Positions 49,668 through 61,456 of a stretch of DNA of 64,000 nt are shown piece by piece. The DNA is taken from NCBI GenBank assembly GCA_001275005.1, contig JWZX01003090.1, forward strand, positions 1 to 64,000. Reading direction: 5' to 3'. Made by a program: the position numbers and the translations under genes. The notes beneath the pieces were generated by a model, which had not been told where the DNA came from, made no database searches, and saw only the letters and a program-made list of their open reading frames with translations. How positions within the stretch are numbered: the first letter of the stretch is position 1; every line of letters begins with the position of its first letter. This DNA is from Chrysochromulina tobinii. Its lineage: Eukaryota.

Positions 49668-52600
49668 ATGCCTACCTACGGAGCGCTCGTCGGCAAGCAT
49701 GTCGTGGTCGACATGACCGAAGCTAACTTTGAGTCGGTTGCGCCGTCCGTGCGGTACACGATGAAGGTGTCGGTGAAGAACGTGTCGATGCGTGGTCAGC
49801 GCGTGCGGCTGATTCCGCCAAAGAATCGCGAATTCACGCTGGTGGTGCAAAACGACGTGGAGCTGGCACCTGGCCTCGTCATGCAGGCAGAGCTTCAATT
49901 CTACAGCGACGTGCCTGAGGACATCGAGAACGAGATGGTCGTGCTCGTCGGCCGTGCCGACTCGGATGGTGAGCACCTCACCATTCCGGTGCGTTCGACC
50001 TTGCCCGCCGCCAAGCTCGTCCTCGACGCAGGCATCGACTTTGGCGTGGTGCTGCTCAACTCGGTGCCCACGCGCAAGCTTGTCGTGACCAACCAAGGTA
50101 CCCGGGATGGGAAAATCATGCTTGGCCCACTCGCTCTGAGCGAAATGTATTCCATCAAACCGCCGATCGAGGCGACCATCAAGCCGGGCGACTCGCACAC
50201 GTACACCATCGAGCTGAACGCAACCGAGGTGGGCAAGCAGGAGCTGATCGTGCCGGTGGCCATCAAGGGCCAGATGGCGTACTTCCCACTGCCGACTGAG
50301 CTGGCGCTGTCGGCGGATGTCCGCCACCAAAACGCGGAGCTTCGCGACGTGAAGGAGGCGCCGCTGGCCAAGAGCGAGCTTGGCCGGCTCTACTGCGGCC
50401 TCAAAACGACGCGCAAGGCCTTCATCCTCAACCACGGCCCCAAGCCGATCAACTTTGCCGTCTCCAAGACGTCGGGTGACGAGAGCGGCGGACCGCCGCC
50501 AGAGGAAGACCCGAGCGTGCCCTGCCCGCTCGTCGTCGAGCCGATGATGGGGCGCATCCCCGCAGGCGGTCGCCTCGAGCTCACGCTCGCGTTTTGCCCG
50601 GCGCGCCGCTCGCCCACGGCCCCTAAGGGCTTCTTTGCCTCGGGCGAGACGGAGGAGATCGTCACAGAGCTCACGCAGGCGTACGTGTTCGAGATCCTCG
50701 AGACGGGGCAGAAGCTGCCGCTGCGCCTTGAGGGCATCGCGCTTGCGCCGCGCGTCGCGCTCTCGCAGGGTGCCTTCACCTTCGGCAGCTGTGACATGTA
50801 CGATCACCGCGAGGCGTTCCTGACGCTGACCAACAAGCAGGAGCTGCCGTACAATTTCTCGTTCACGACGCCCGCGCACTTTGCGGCGAAGCCGCTCGAA
50901 GGCACGGTGCCGCCAATGGGCGAGATGCAGGTGTGCCTCTCTTTTGCGCCGCACCAGCTCGGCAAGCTCGTGGGCGCGCTGCAGCTGCTCGGCTTCGGCG
51001 GGCGCGTCGGCGTCCAGACGATCAAGCTGCACGGCGAGTGCACCGCACCCGCGACCCGCCCGCCCGCGGGCGGCACTGACAAGCTGCCGGAAGACTTTGA
51101 GGTCGAGCCCAATGTCGTGGAGCAGTGCTCGTTCCTTCCGCGCACCGTCAACGCCAAGTGGGTGCGCCCGCCCGCGTGGGAGATGTCCGAGGCCCTCCAG
51201 GGCGGCAAGGTGCAGACGACCGCCTCGTCGACTCTCACCCCAATCCACACGCTCACCAAGAAGCGCACCTACCGCGATCAGATGGCCAAGCAGCCCGTGC
51301 TCGACGCCATCGACCAGATGGACACGGGCCTCGAGCTGCCCGCCGCCGCGCTCAAGGCGCAGCACGAGCACCGCGAGTACTACGCCACGTTCCTCAAGAA
51401 CCAGCGCGCGCAGCGGGAGGCGCGCAACAAGGCGCAGCACCAAGCGGCGAACAAGATGCACTCAGACCCTGAGGCCTTCCAATTCGGATGCGACCTCGGG
51501 CTCGACCCGTACTCGGGCATCGCGCCCTTCGCGCCACCCTTGCCGCAGGACCTCTCGCCGCTCTTCCTCTTCCACCCGTACACAGACGGCGAGACAGCCA
51601 AGAGCGGCCCGCCGTCGGCGCTCTTCGACCCGTTTCGGCTCACGCCCAAGAAGCACAAGAGCAAGCCCGAGTCGCTCGATGAGGTGGCCGACTGTAAGGC
51701 GACGCTCTCGGCGGACGAGCTCAAGCAGATCACGGGCGGCCCAAAGACGGTCGACTTTGGCAACATCTCGGTCTACACGCAGGTCGCGCGCAACTTCACG
51801 GTTCTCAACGAGCTGCGCGTCAACATCCTCGTGGCCATCGAGCTCGGCGACGAGATCAAACAGTGCCCGCCACAAGTGATCCCGCCCGGCGGCACCGCCG
51901 GCTTCGACCTCTTTTTCTCGTCCGATGAGCCGACGCAGTACCAGCGCACGATCACCTACACGATCAACGGCGCGCACGCCTTCAGGTTCGTCGCGAAGGC
52001 GACCGTCGAGCCGATCGAGGTGAGCTTCTCGACTGAAGAGCTGCAGTTCCGATTCGCCGACGGCGTTCTCGAGCCCTCGATGTCTGCGAGCGTCGCGATC
52101 ACCAACCATGGCACCTACCCGGCACGCTTCCGCTGGGAGAATCCCGAGAGCATGCCTCCGGGGCGCAGGCCTGCCTTCGTGCCCGCATCGCTCACGGGCG
52201 AGATCCCACCCGAGAAGACGCTGCCCGTCGAGATCATCTTCACTCCCTACCTGGGCTGTGCGGCCGAGCACGTGCTCACGGCCATCGTCGAGGGAGGCTC
52301 GTCCAAGACGCTCTTCTGCAAGGGCGACGTGACGGAGGCGAAGGCGAGCCTCACCGTCAAGCGCGTCGAGTTCGGCGTGGTGCCCGCGGGCATCGTGAAG
52401 GAGAAGAACTTCCTCATCAAGAATCAAGGGCAGACGACAGCCGTGTTCACGTTCGACAACCCGCCCCCCGGGTTCTCGATCAAGCCGCAGGCGGGCGCCG
52501 TTCGCGTGGGCCAAACGATGGAGGTCTCGGTCGAGGTGCTCGCGATTCCACCGCGCGGCGAGCGTGTACTCGACCTGGCGGGTGTGCTCAAGTGCGACCT

Positions 52601-55600
52601 GCGCTGCGGCAAGCCCATCAAGCTGGCCGTGCACGTGGAGGCGCGCGCCCCCGATGTGATCGTCCTCGAAGATGAGCTCAACTTCGGGCGCGTCGTAGCG
52701 GGTGCGACCAAGTGGCACCCGCTCACGCTGAAGAATGCGTCCATCGTGCCTGCGCTGCTTCATCTCGACCTCACGGGCAGGCAGTTCGCGGACCTCGAGG
52801 TCAAGGTGCAGCTCGACCCGGTGGCGGAGGCGGAGGCAGAGGCGCGCGCGGCGGCCGACGACCGCGCGACGACCATCGTGCCCGACGACGAGCAGGAATC
52901 CCCTCTGCAGCTCATCTCACAGCCGTCCAACGCCTCGCCGCCGCCCACGGCGGGCACGTCGGCCGACGAGACGGGCGACGGCGACGGCGAAGTCGCTTCG
53001 CCGTCGCGGCCGAAATACAACGAAGCGGCTCATGAGGAACGCCGCCTGTACGCGATCACGGTGCAGCCGCAGACGACCCTCGCGCTCAAACTCGGGTACA
53101 CGCCCAAGGCCGCATCGGAGCTCCTTCTCGAGCTCCCACTCATGCCCGTCGGGCTCGCTCCCGAGCCCGCGCTGCGCAAGGTCGTCGTCGGCGAGGGACT
53201 CAAGGCGCGGCTCAAGCTCTCGACGAACGCGATCAAGTTTGGCGACTGCATCCTGCGCGCGGCGCAGTTTCCGTACACCAAGGAGATTACGATCACGAAC
53301 ACGGACGACAAGCCGGTCGAGTGGATGCTCGACGAGAACGTCATCCCTGACGAGTCCGGCTTCTCTCTCGACTGCCCGAGTGGGACGCTTCAGGTGGGCG
53401 AGAGCTTTACCATCACCTTTGGGTTCGCCGCGACCACGGTGGGCATTGCTGACGTCGTGCTGCCGCTTTGCCTCGACGGTGGGAATGTGCCGTACCTCAC
53501 GCCGCGCCTGATGGCGAACGCAGTCTTGCCGCGCCTCACCTTCGACAGGCCGGAGCTCATCCTGCCGACGGTGCCGCTCGGGCACACGGCCAAGGCGTCG
53601 CTGTACCTCATCAACGAGGGGTACGATAACCTACAGGTGCAGTACAAGCTGCCGCTCGACGACAAGCGCGCGCCTCTGACGCTTGAGTTCCCCGAGGGTC
53701 AGCTCGTGGGCGTCTCGAAGAAGAAGGTGCTCATCACTGTCTCGTTCGCCTCCGACAAGCCCACGTCCTTCACCGCCAACATCGACTTGATCGATACCGA
53801 TGGCAATCGCTTCTCGCTCCCCGTGACTGCCACCTCGGACAACTCAGTCCTGACCGTGCAGCCCTACCTCGACTCGGTGAAAGCCCAAGGAGGAGCCGGT
53901 TCGGAGGTCATTGCCAGGGAGGGCAAGGCGCCCTCGCTCGTCGTGCCCATCGCGCCGCCTGCGCCGCCGCCCGACGACATGTCCAAGGAGGCCAAGCAGA
54001 AGCGCATCGCGCTTGCGCAGGCGTGCTTCTTGCCGCCCAAACGAACCCACGAGCAGTTTGCCAAGGCGGCCTCCAGCATTGCGCGCGGTGCGTCCATCGT
54101 CCTCGCGTACGTCTCGTCGGCGCTGATGGCGATGCCCGCACCACCGGGCAGCGGTGCGAGCTTCCCGGCGATGCTCACCGCCAACAAGGGGGCAGTGGCG
54201 TACGAGCTGCTCGCGCTCGTGTCGGGCAAGTCCGTGCCGGTGCCCGAGCAGCCTGCGGACCGTAAGAACGAGAAGGCACTCCTCCGCCACCTGGTCCAGT
54301 CGTACGACCAGATGATCCAGTTCCTGCGCGCCCACGGGGCGATGTGCGCCTCGCTCAAGGCGGAGCAGCTCCTTCCTCTCGACGAGTACCTCAAGCTCGT
54401 GGGTGGCGGCGCGCCTCTCTCGCGCAAGGAGCGCAAGGCGGTGCGCGACGAGCACGCCGTCTTCCACAGCGAGTCGTGGCTCGAGCTCCTCTTCCAAGCG
54501 ATTCGGACGTTCGTGCTAGGTCGCGTGACGCTCAAGGCCTTCCGCGGGCTGCCCGGTATGGCCGAGGCCGCGGGCGCGATCTCGAAAGAGGTAGGCTCGA
54601 GCGCGTACAGGGCGCAGGCCGCGGTCGACGCTTGCAAAGCCATCCAGGACGCTAGGGACAAGAAGGAGACGAACAAGGACAAGAAGATCGTCGCCAAGAA
54701 AGATGAGGCCCCTCCGGTGCCCTTGCCCTCCTCACTCCTGTACTCGACCTCGGAGCTGCTGCTACTGCGCTGGCTCGAGTACCACAGCGCCGTCTGCCCC
54801 GAGCTGCCCTTTGGCGGCGGCAACCCGCTCGATGAGGTGGGTGGCGTTCTCGACGCCTTCGACAAAGAGCTCAAAGACGGCCACGTCTTCGCGCGCATCA
54901 TCATTTCGCACTGCCCCTTCCTCGCCACCATCAAAGCCGACAACCCGCCGCTCACCTCGTCCGGGGACGTCGAGATTGGCACCGCAATTGACAACCTCTA
55001 CCCGCGCCCGTGCTCGCCCGCACAGGCGGCGGCCAATCTGGGGATCGTGGTGCAGGCGCTCGCCGGGATTGGGCTGAGATTCGCCGCGTCGGCTGGCATG
55101 CCGCCGCTCGAGCCCTCCGAGCTCTATGCGGCCTCTCCGCGAGAGATGGCGCTGTTTGCGCTCTTCCTCTACCAGCACATGCCGCACTACGTGCCCAAGG
55201 CAGTGGTTGGCTTCACGGGCGGCATTCACCAGCCGCTTGCGCGCACCATCGAGCTTGCCAATCCGGCCAAGAAGCCCATCATTTACGAGGTGCGCCTCGA
55301 GGGACCGCCCGCCCCTCGCCAGTGCTTCAAGGTGGGCGCCAGGGAGGTGCGCATTGAGGGCAAGTCAACGCTGCCGTTCCCCGTGAACGTGCTCAGCTAC
55401 TTCATCGGGCAGCACACGGGCCGCTTAATCTTCCTTTCCAAGGGCAACGGCGTGGACACCGCCAACGCGTCCACACTCGTCTTCGACCTGTTGGCCACCA
55501 TCGACATCGGCCTGCCCCTCGAGAACTTCAGCACCGCCTCGAAGCTCTACCAGCCGCAGATGCTCACAGTCAAGCTCACCAATCCCTTCGACGTGCCCGC

Positions 55601-58600
55601 CGCCTTCAAGCTCTCCTTCACGGAGACTCGCCCCGAGATTGCACTGCCAAAGCTCGGCGGCGGCGGTGGCGGCGACAAGGGCGGAAAGCCACCCGCGGCC
55701 GCACCGGCGGCCCGCTCGGCCAAGATTGCGGGCATCGAAGGCTCGCTCAAGGGCGGCGCGGCGAGCGCGGTCGACTCCATGACGAAGAAGCTGCCGAACA
55801 GCTTCTTTTGCGCCGCGTCGACGGTGTCTGTCGACGCGCGCGGCACGGCGAGTATGCAGGTACAGTTCCTGCCCTTCCAGCTGGGCGAATACACAGCGAC
55901 CGTCCTCTTCTCGGACGAGAACGTGGGCGAGCTATCGTACCAACTCAAGGGGACAGTCTCGCTCCCCTTGCCGCTCGAGACGCTCACTTTCGCCTCAGAG
56001 GCCGACTCGACTGCAGGTCGCGAGGTCCAGCTGCCCTTCCGGAACCCACAGGTGGAGAAGGCGCGCCAGATGGTGCTCGATCGTTCGCAGCGCGAAAAGG
56101 AGCGCATGGGCCAGATTTGGGGCAAGGAGCCGATGCTCCGTGGGCCTGTGCAGCTGCAGCTCGCCTACGGTTCCGCCGCCTTCTCGGGCCAGGCGACGAT
56201 CGAACTCGTCGACAACGAGAAGCGGCGCGGCGGCGGCAACAAGTCCACGGCCGGCTCGGTGGCCGGCTCGGGCGCGGCCACGCCGAAGGGCAAGGATTCC
56301 GGTGCGCCACCAGCGACTGCGTCCGCTGACGCCAACAAGCTGCCGCTGCGCTTCGTGCCCAAGGAGCCCGGTCAGTACACGTCGGAGCTGCTGCTCATCT
56401 CGCCACTCGACGTGCGCCTGTACGATCTGGCGGGGGCGTGCGCGGCGCCCGGCGTCAAGGCGGCGCTTGAGTTCGTCACGCCGGCGCGCATGCCGCTTCG
56501 GCAGGAGCTGCCGGTCATCAACGGCACCCAAGACGACTGGACGATCTCGGCGGCCATCAAGGGCGAGGGCTTCCACGGACCTGCGAGCGTCAAGATCCCG
56601 GCGGGCCAGTCGGGCTCCTATCCGCTCGACTTCACCCCCGACTGGATCACCGAGGCCACCGGCGAGTGCATTCTCACCAACCAGTCAACGGGCGACAAGT
56701 ACGTGTTCACGCTCAAGGGCATCGGAGAGGAGCCGCTCGCCGAGGGCAACGTGGTCATCGAGTGCGCGGCGCGCAAGCCCAAGCAAGTGCCCTTCACCGT
56801 GTACAACGTCATGGGCAGCGGCGAGCCGTGCACGCTCAAAATCGAGACGGACCTGCTGCATGTGCAGGGCCCGTCCAGCGTGTCCGTGCCAAAACGCGCC
56901 AAGGGGAGCGACCCGACCAAGGACGGCATCACGTACATGCTCACGGTGAACTCGCAGATGGGCGGCGAGCTGCGCGGATCCATCACCTTCACGACGCCGG
57001 ACGGGCGCTACCTGTGGTACACGGTCGAGATGCACTCGGACCCGCCGCCGTGCGAGAAGCATCTGCGCATCTCCGCGCCGCTGCGCAAGGTCATCGCGGT
57101 CGAGATCCCGATTGCGAACCCGACGAACACCGAGCTCGAGTTCCAGGTGATCATCACGGGCGAGGGCCTGCTCGGCGACGATTCGGTGCGTGTGGCTGGC
57201 GACTCCGAGGTGCGCTACGAGCTCCTCTTCTCGCCGCTCATCGCGGGCACGAGCACCGGCCAGATCTCGTTCGTCAACCCGCATGCGGGCGAGTTCTGGT
57301 ACGAGCTCACGCTCACGGGCGAGCCAACCGAGCCCGTCGACCTGCCCAAGCTGCGCGCGGCTGTGGGTGCGTCGGCCACGCACGAGGTGACCGTCTCGAA
57401 CCCCGTCGGCGAGGAGCTGCCGCTGCAGCTTCGGGTCGAGGGGCGCAACCCCAAAGCCTTCACACTCCAAGGGCCGAAGACCGGGCCTGGTGGCGCCGGG
57501 GCGCTGCTGCTGCCGCCTTACGGCGAGCTCACCTGTACGCTCACGTACACGCCCTCGGCGCTCGACGAGGAGCAGAGCGCGATGCTCGCTCTCACGCACC
57601 CGAAGCTGGGCGAGTGGCTCTACAGGGCCAAGGGCATGGGCCACGCGCCTTCCGACATGCCCGTGACGCGCCCGTCGGCGCCCCTCGGGCACACGACGTC
57701 GGGTTCGATCGCCCTGCGAAACCCATTCGACCAGCCGCTCGTCATCGACCTTGCGCTCGAGCAGTCGATGAACGCGTATGACGACCCGGGCGCCACGCAG
57801 CCCTTCGAGTTGCTGGCGCGGCGCACCTCGGGCGTGACGATCGCGCCGGGCACGTCGGTGCAGTTCCCCTTCTCGTTTGTGGCCCGCGACATGTCGGAGT
57901 CGCACGCGGCCATCGTGTTGCATGGCGACTACAAGGGAAGGCACCTCACCTGGCGCTACCCGCTCGTGGGCGAGGCCATTTCGCGCCCGCTGCACAAGCC
58001 GATCGCGTTGCACGTGGCCGCGCGCCAGCCGCTCACTCGCGAGCTCGCGCTCCCGCTGCCCGGGCTGCAAGACACGGGCGTGGACGAGCCGTTCACGTAC
58101 GAGCTCGATCTGGATGCCCAGTCGGCTGGGCTCATCGAGTCGTCGCTCACTCTCACGCCGCTCCAGCGCACTCTCTCGGGCTCGACCCTCACGATGGCCG
58201 TCGACTGGCGCCCGCTGCGCCCGGTGCGCACCTCAGCGGCGCTCGTGGTGCGCAAGAACTCGGGCGGGCGCTGGCGGTACGACCTGACCTTCGAGGCGGG
58301 TGAACCGGCGCCGGATGACGTCATCTACCTGGAGGCGCCCATCCACAAGACGGCTCAGGTGCAGTTCAAGCTGTGCAACGCCTTCGACGACGACGCGGCG
58401 TACACAGCGTACTTTTCCGCCGACTCGGCCTCCGTCTTCTCTGTCAACCCGATGCAGGGCGTGCTGCCGCGCGCGGGCACCGCGGGCGCGCTCTTCACGG
58501 TCGCGTACACCCCCGCCGAGTACGGCAAGCCGGTGCGCGGCACGCTCATCATCCTGACCGAGGAGATGCAGTGGTCGTACGAGGTGCGCGGAGGGCACCC

Positions 58601-58727
58601 GCCGTACGAAATTCCGCGTGTCGCGCACTCGACGATCGACCACGTGCTCGACCCCTCTATCTCGATGAGGCTGGGCAAGGTGCCCACGACTAATTTCATG
58701 AAGAAGAACATGCAGCAGCAGCATTGA
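49668..58727 (+). CDS. CFAP47: Cilia- and flagella-associated protein 47 (ASH/Ig-like repeats plus CH domain), ~3020 aa, intronless
   Basis: Repeated ASH-type motifs (DFG.V, L.N). CH domain ELLLLRWLEYH...ELKDGHVFA..I.SHCPFL. C-terminus YGK...G.LII.TEEMQWSYEV.G. Confidence 0.85.
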   Translation: MPTYGALVGKHVVVDMTEANFESVAPSVRYTMKVSVKNVSMRGQRVRLIPPKNREFTLVVQNDVELAPGLVMQAELQFYSDVPEDIENEMVVLVGRADSDGEHLTIPVRSTLPAAKLVLDAGIDFGVVLLNSVPTRKLVVTNQGTRDGKIMLGPLALSEMYSIKPPIEATIKPGDSHTYTIELNATEVGKQELIVPVAIKGQMAYFPLPTELALSADVRHQNAELRDVKEAPLAKSELGRLYCGLKTTRKAFILNHGPKPINFAVSKTSGDESGGPPPEEDPSVPCPLVVEPMMGRIPAGGRLELTLAFCPARRSPTAPKGFFASGETEEIVTELTQAYVFEILETGQKLPLRLEGIALAPRVALSQGAFTFGSCDMYDHREAFLTLTNKQELPYNFSFTTPAHFAAKPLEGTVPPMGEMQVCLSFAPHQLGKLVGALQLLGFGGRVGVQTIKLHGECTAPATRPPAGGTDKLPEDFEVEPNVVEQCSFLPRTVNAKWVRPPAWEMSEALQGGKVQTTASSTLTPIHTLTKKRTYRDQMAKQPVLDAIDQMDTGLELPAAALKAQHEHREYYATFLKNQRAQREARNKAQHQAANKMHSDPEAFQFGCDLGLDPYSGIAPFAPPLPQDLSPLFLFHPYTDGETAKSGPPSALFDPFRLTPKKHKSKPESLDEVADCKATLSADELKQITGGPKTVDFGNISVYTQVARNFTVLNELRVNILVAIELGDEIKQCPPQVIPPGGTAGFDLFFSSDEPTQYQRTITYTINGAHAFRFVAKATVEPIEVSFSTEELQFRFADGVLEPSMSASVAITNHGTYPARFRWENPESMPPGRRPAFVPASLTGEIPPEKTLPVEIIFTPYLGCAAEHVLTAIVEGGSSKTLFCKGDVTEAKASLTVKRVEFGVVPAGIVKEKNFLIKNQGQTTAVFTFDNPPPGFSIKPQAGAVRVGQTMEVSVEVLAIPPRGERVLDLAGVLKCDLRCGKPIKLAVHVEARAPDVIVLEDELNFGRVVAGATKWHPLTLKNASIVPALLHLDLTGRQFADLEVKVQLDPVAEAEAEARAAADDRATTIVPDDEQESPLQLISQPSNASPPPTAGTSADETGDGDGEVASPSRPKYNEAAHEERRLYAITVQPQTTLALKLGYTPKAASELLLELPLMPVGLAPEPALRKVVVGEGLKARLKLSTNAIKFGDCILRAAQFPYTKEITITNTDDKPVEWMLDENVIPDESGFSLDCPSGTLQVGESFTITFGFAATTVGIADVVLPLCLDGGNVPYLTPRLMANAVLPRLTFDRPELILPTVPLGHTAKASLYLINEGYDNLQVQYKLPLDDKRAPLTLEFPEGQLVGVSKKKVLITVSFASDKPTSFTANIDLIDTDGNRFSLPVTATSDNSVLTVQPYLDSVKAQGGAGSEVIAREGKAPSLVVPIAPPAPPPDDMSKEAKQKRIALAQACFLPPKRTHEQFAKAASSIARGASIVLAYVSSALMAMPAPPGSGASFPAMLTANKGAVAYELLALVSGKSVPVPEQPADRKNEKALLRHLVQSYDQMIQFLRAHGAMCASLKAEQLLPLDEYLKLVGGGAPLSRKERKAVRDEHAVFHSESWLELLFQAIRTFVLGRVTLKAFRGLPGMAEAAGAISKEVGSSAYRAQAAVDACKAIQDARDKKETNKDKKIVAKKDEAPPVPLPSSLLYSTSELLLLRWLEYHSAVCPELPFGGGNPLDEVGGVLDAFDKELKDGHVFARIIISHCPFLATIKADNPPLTSSGDVEIGTAIDNLYPRPCSPAQAAANLGIVVQALAGIGLRFAASAGMPPLEPSELYAASPREMALFALFLYQHMPHYVPKAVVGFTGGIHQPLARTIELANPAKKPIIYEVRLEGPPAPRQCFKVGAREVRIEGKSTLPFPVNVLSYFIGQHTGRLIFLSKGNGVDTANASTLVFDLLATIDIGLPLENFSTASKLYQPQMLTVKLTNPFDVPAAFKLSFTETRPEIALPKLGGGGGGDKGGKPPAAAPAARSAKIAGIEGSLKGGAASAVDSMTKKLPNSFFCAASTVSVDARGTASMQVQFLPFQLGEYTATVLFSDENVGELSYQLKGTVSLPLPLETLTFASEADSTAGREVQLPFRNPQVEKARQMVLDRSQREKERMGQIWGKEPMLRGPVQLQLAYGSAAFSGQATIELVDNEKRRGGGNKSTAGSVAGSGAATPKGKDSGAPPATASADANKLPLRFVPKEPGQYTSELLLISPLDVRLYDLAGACAAPGVKAALEFVTPARMPLRQELPVINGTQDDWTISAAIKGEGFHGPASVKIPAGQSGSYPLDFTPDWITEATGECILTNQSTGDKYVFTLKGIGEEPLAEGNVVIECAARKPKQVPFTVYNVMGSGEPCTLKIETDLLHVQGPSSVSVPKRAKGSDPTKDGITYMLTVNSQMGGELRGSITFTTPDGRYLWYTVEMHSDPPPCEKHLRISAPLRKVIAVEIPIANPTNTELEFQVIITGEGLLGDDSVRVAGDSEVRYELLFSPLIAGTSTGQISFVNPHAGEFWYELTLTGEPTEPVDLPKLRAAVGASATHEVTVSNPVGEELPLQLRVEGRNPKAFTLQGPKTGPGGAGALLLPPYGELTCTLTYTPSALDEEQSAMLALTHPKLGEWLYRAKGMGHAPSDMPVTRPSAPLGHTTSGSIALRNPFDQPLVIDLALEQSMNAYDDPGATQPFELLARRTSGVTIAPGTSVQFPFSFVARDMSESHAAIVLHGDYKGRHLTWRYPLVGEAISRPLHKPIALHVAARQPLTRELALPLPGLQDTGVDEPFTYELDLDAQSAGLIESSLTLTPLQRTLSGSTLTMAVDWRPLRPVRTSAALVVRKNSGGRWRYDLTFEAGEPAPDDVIYLEAPIHKTAQVQFKLCNAFDDDAAYTAYFSADSASVFSVNPMQGVLPRAGTAGALFTVAYTPAEYGKPVRGTLIILTEEMQWSYEVRGGHPPYEIPRVAHSTIDHVLDPSISMRLGKVPTTNFMKKNMQQQH

Positions 58728-59033
58728 GGCGACCGACGAGGCCGCGCGACGACGCGAGCGAGCCGAGGATTCCCGAGGATTGGGTGTCTGGGCGGGTAGG
58801 CGCATGTGTCTCGAGCGGTGGGCGAGCAGCGCGCGAGTACTTTTATCTTTGTGCCATTGTGAAGTGTTTCCGTGCGAAGCGTCAAACTTTGAGAAAGGGT
58901 CAGTTGAATCGACACACAAGGTACCGACCAGCCACTACCACGCGAAACCTGCCACGCAGTGGTCGCGTCGCTCGGTGGACTAACACACCGGCGAGGATTG
59001 TCAAACTTTGCCTTGTTCACACTCGCGGCAAAA

Positions 59034-59675
59034 ATGGCGTCAAGGACTTCATCATACAAAGTCGTGCTCCTGGGCGAGGGTCGCGTCGGGAAGACGAGCC
59101 TGGTTCTGCGCTTCTGCCGTGACACCTTCGTCGATGGGCAGCCGCCTACCATTCAGGCATCCTGCCTCGAGCGAGCGCTGCGACTGGGCGACAAAACGGT
59201 CAACTTGGTCATCTGGGACACTGCTGGCCAGGAGCGCTTCCACGCCCTCGGGCCCATCTACTACCGTGACGCCGACGCGGCGCTGCTCGTGTATGACATC
59301 ACCGACACCGACTCCTTCAAGAGGATACAGGTCTGGGTGCGTGAGTTGCGCAAGATGGTAGGAGACAGCATCCAGCTCTCGATCGCAGGCAACAAAAGCG
59401 ACCTGGAGCGGCAGCGTGTGGTGAGCCGGCAGGAGGCCGCAGAGTACGCCGACTCGGTCGGCGCGCACTATGCTGAGACTTCGGCGAAGCAGAACCGCGG
59501 CCTCGACGAGCTGTTCTCGTCCATGGGCAAGCGGCTGCTGGCATCGCGTGAGGAGAAACTGGGCTCGCCTGCGCTGGGCAGTGGGCCCGCGTCGACGCGC
59601 AGGTCACGCGGCGCGGCGATGGTGCTGATAGACGACGAGCCGCCAGCCAGCAGCAGTAGCAGCAGGTGCTGTTAG
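59034..59675 (+). CDS. RAB21: Rab21 small GTPase
   Basis: KVVLLGEGRVGKTSL, TIQAS, WDTAGQERFHALGPIYYR, GNKSD, ETSAK, C-terminal CC. Confidence 0.93.
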   Translation: MASRTSSYKVVLLGEGRVGKTSLVLRFCRDTFVDGQPPTIQASCLERALRLGDKTVNLVIWDTAGQERFHALGPIYYRDADAALLVYDITDTDSFKRIQVWVRELRKMVGDSIQLSIAGNKSDLERQRVVSRQEAAEYADSVGAHYAETSAKQNRGLDELFSSMGKRLLASREEKLGSPALGSGPASTRRSRGAAMVLIDDEPPASSSSSRCC

Positions 59676-60774
59676 ATAGAACGCGGGTGGCCCATTGACG
59701 AACTCCATTGACGATCTCTACTGACGAAGTCAAGTGCGACCCGCTGCAAGAGGCGGAGGACTCCTCGCGCCCCGCCCCGCTCGCGCATCGGGTCTTCGGT
59801 GCAGCCTCGAGCCAGAAGCGAGGGCCGGCATGCGCGGGCCCCTGGAGCCCTGATTCGTGGCGCGTACTCCACGGCACAGGGCACGCCTTTTCGCGCGCGG
59901 CCGCCGCACGCGCGGTCGGCGGTGTTCTCGCCCCCGCTCCGACGCTGCGTCCGTCCGCGAGACCGTTCACAGTAGCCACAGATGTTTCGCGTGTCGACAG
60001 CGTGCGTGCAACGGAGGTACACATTGTTTTACGACGCGAGAGAGATTACAGACTCTCGAGATATACAGATTTTCGTTTTTTATACGAATCGCGTATAGCG
60101 TTGCTTATTGCTTCGTGTACTTCGTCGGCTGTTTCGAAGGCTTTCGTTGGTTTTCGACCGTTTCCGAGCGGTCCTCGAGCGCGTACTCGAGCGGGGACGG
60201 GCTGGCGGCCCCGGGTCGGCCCCGGGGCTTTCCTCGAGGGCTTCGCCGGGCCGGGCCTCGGCGGGCCGCGGGCGCGGTCGCCGGACGCCGGTCCCGTAGT
60301 CTCCGTAAGCGCAAAGCGGTTAGTCCGCTTGGCCCCAGCATCCAACGATCCGTCAATAGAACTGTCTCGTCCACGGAGCGACGACACCGACCGACCGAGC
60401 GACGGCGGGTGCGTCGGACGAACCGCGTCGCCGCGCGCGCGGGTCGTACACGCCCGGGTGCGCCGCGCGCGTCTGCCGTCTCCCCGCCCGGGCAACGCGG
60501 AGCGGTGGTCTCGACGGTGGTCAGCTCAGAGAAGAGTATCTACAATAGAAATTCAAGCCGGAGCCTTGCCGCCAGGTATGCGGAGAGAATACATACACCC
60601 GCGCGCGCGCATAATGGGTTTGTACGCAGTGTCTTTGAACGTAAACTGACCGATGGACGGTCGGGTCTGACTGCGCGCTCCACGGCACGACGGGCGTGGG
60701 GCGTAGCCCAGAGCGGCGAGCTCTCTAGAGCGGCTGTCCGCGGGGACGAATGGACACGCATTCGCCGGTTACCT

Positions 60775-61288
60775 CTACTGTGATGGCGCCGCCGACGTCG
60801 CTGCTGCCGCGCCCTCCAGCTTTTTCACCTTCAGGTGAAGCTGCGACTTCTTGCGCGCCGCTGTGTTCTTGTGTAGAATGCCACGCTTAACGTTCTTGTC
60901 AAGGATAGCAAACGCCTTGGAGAGCAGCGAGCTTGAGCTGGCATAGTCGCCCACCTCGAGGGATTCCTGCACCTGCGAGCGGCAGCGGAGGGAAGTCAGG
61001 AGCGTTAGCTGAAGAGATTCGCGCCAGGCATTCAGTGACGCCAGAAGCCGCGCTGGCCCTTGAAGCAGCGCTCACCCGCTTCACGCGCGTGCGCATCTCG
61101 CTTTTGTGTGCCTTGTTGGCGATGCGGTTGCGCTCGTTGACCTTCATCGGCTTGGTGGGCGCGGCCATTACGATCTGCTGCGTGGCCACCCGGCTCTGCT
61201 GGAGCTGCGAAGCGCTGACAAGCGGTGTCGCGACGAAGCCAGCCGCCACGCTCAGGCACGCGAGCAAGCAGAGTAGGCGGGCCAGCAT
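60775..61288 (-). CDS. rps20: Nucleus-encoded plastid ribosomal protein S20. Exons 61288-61076 and 60972-60775
   Basis: Bipartite leader (signal peptide then AAG-FVATP). NERNRIANKAHKSEMRTRVKR and LDKNVKRGILHKNTAARKKS. Phase-0 GT-AG intron. Confidence 0.92.
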
Positions 61289-61456
61289 TAGGACGGGAGT
61301 GAGACGTCGAGCCAAGAAAGAGACGCAAGCTCGCTGAGGGAGGTGAAGAAGTGAAACCACCACCCTGTCCTGGTGGTTTCACACCTCGGATCGACAGCTT
61401 TTTTTCATCGTCATAAAAACTATTTTCAGGCCCAACAAAATTACTTAAGTCACCCG

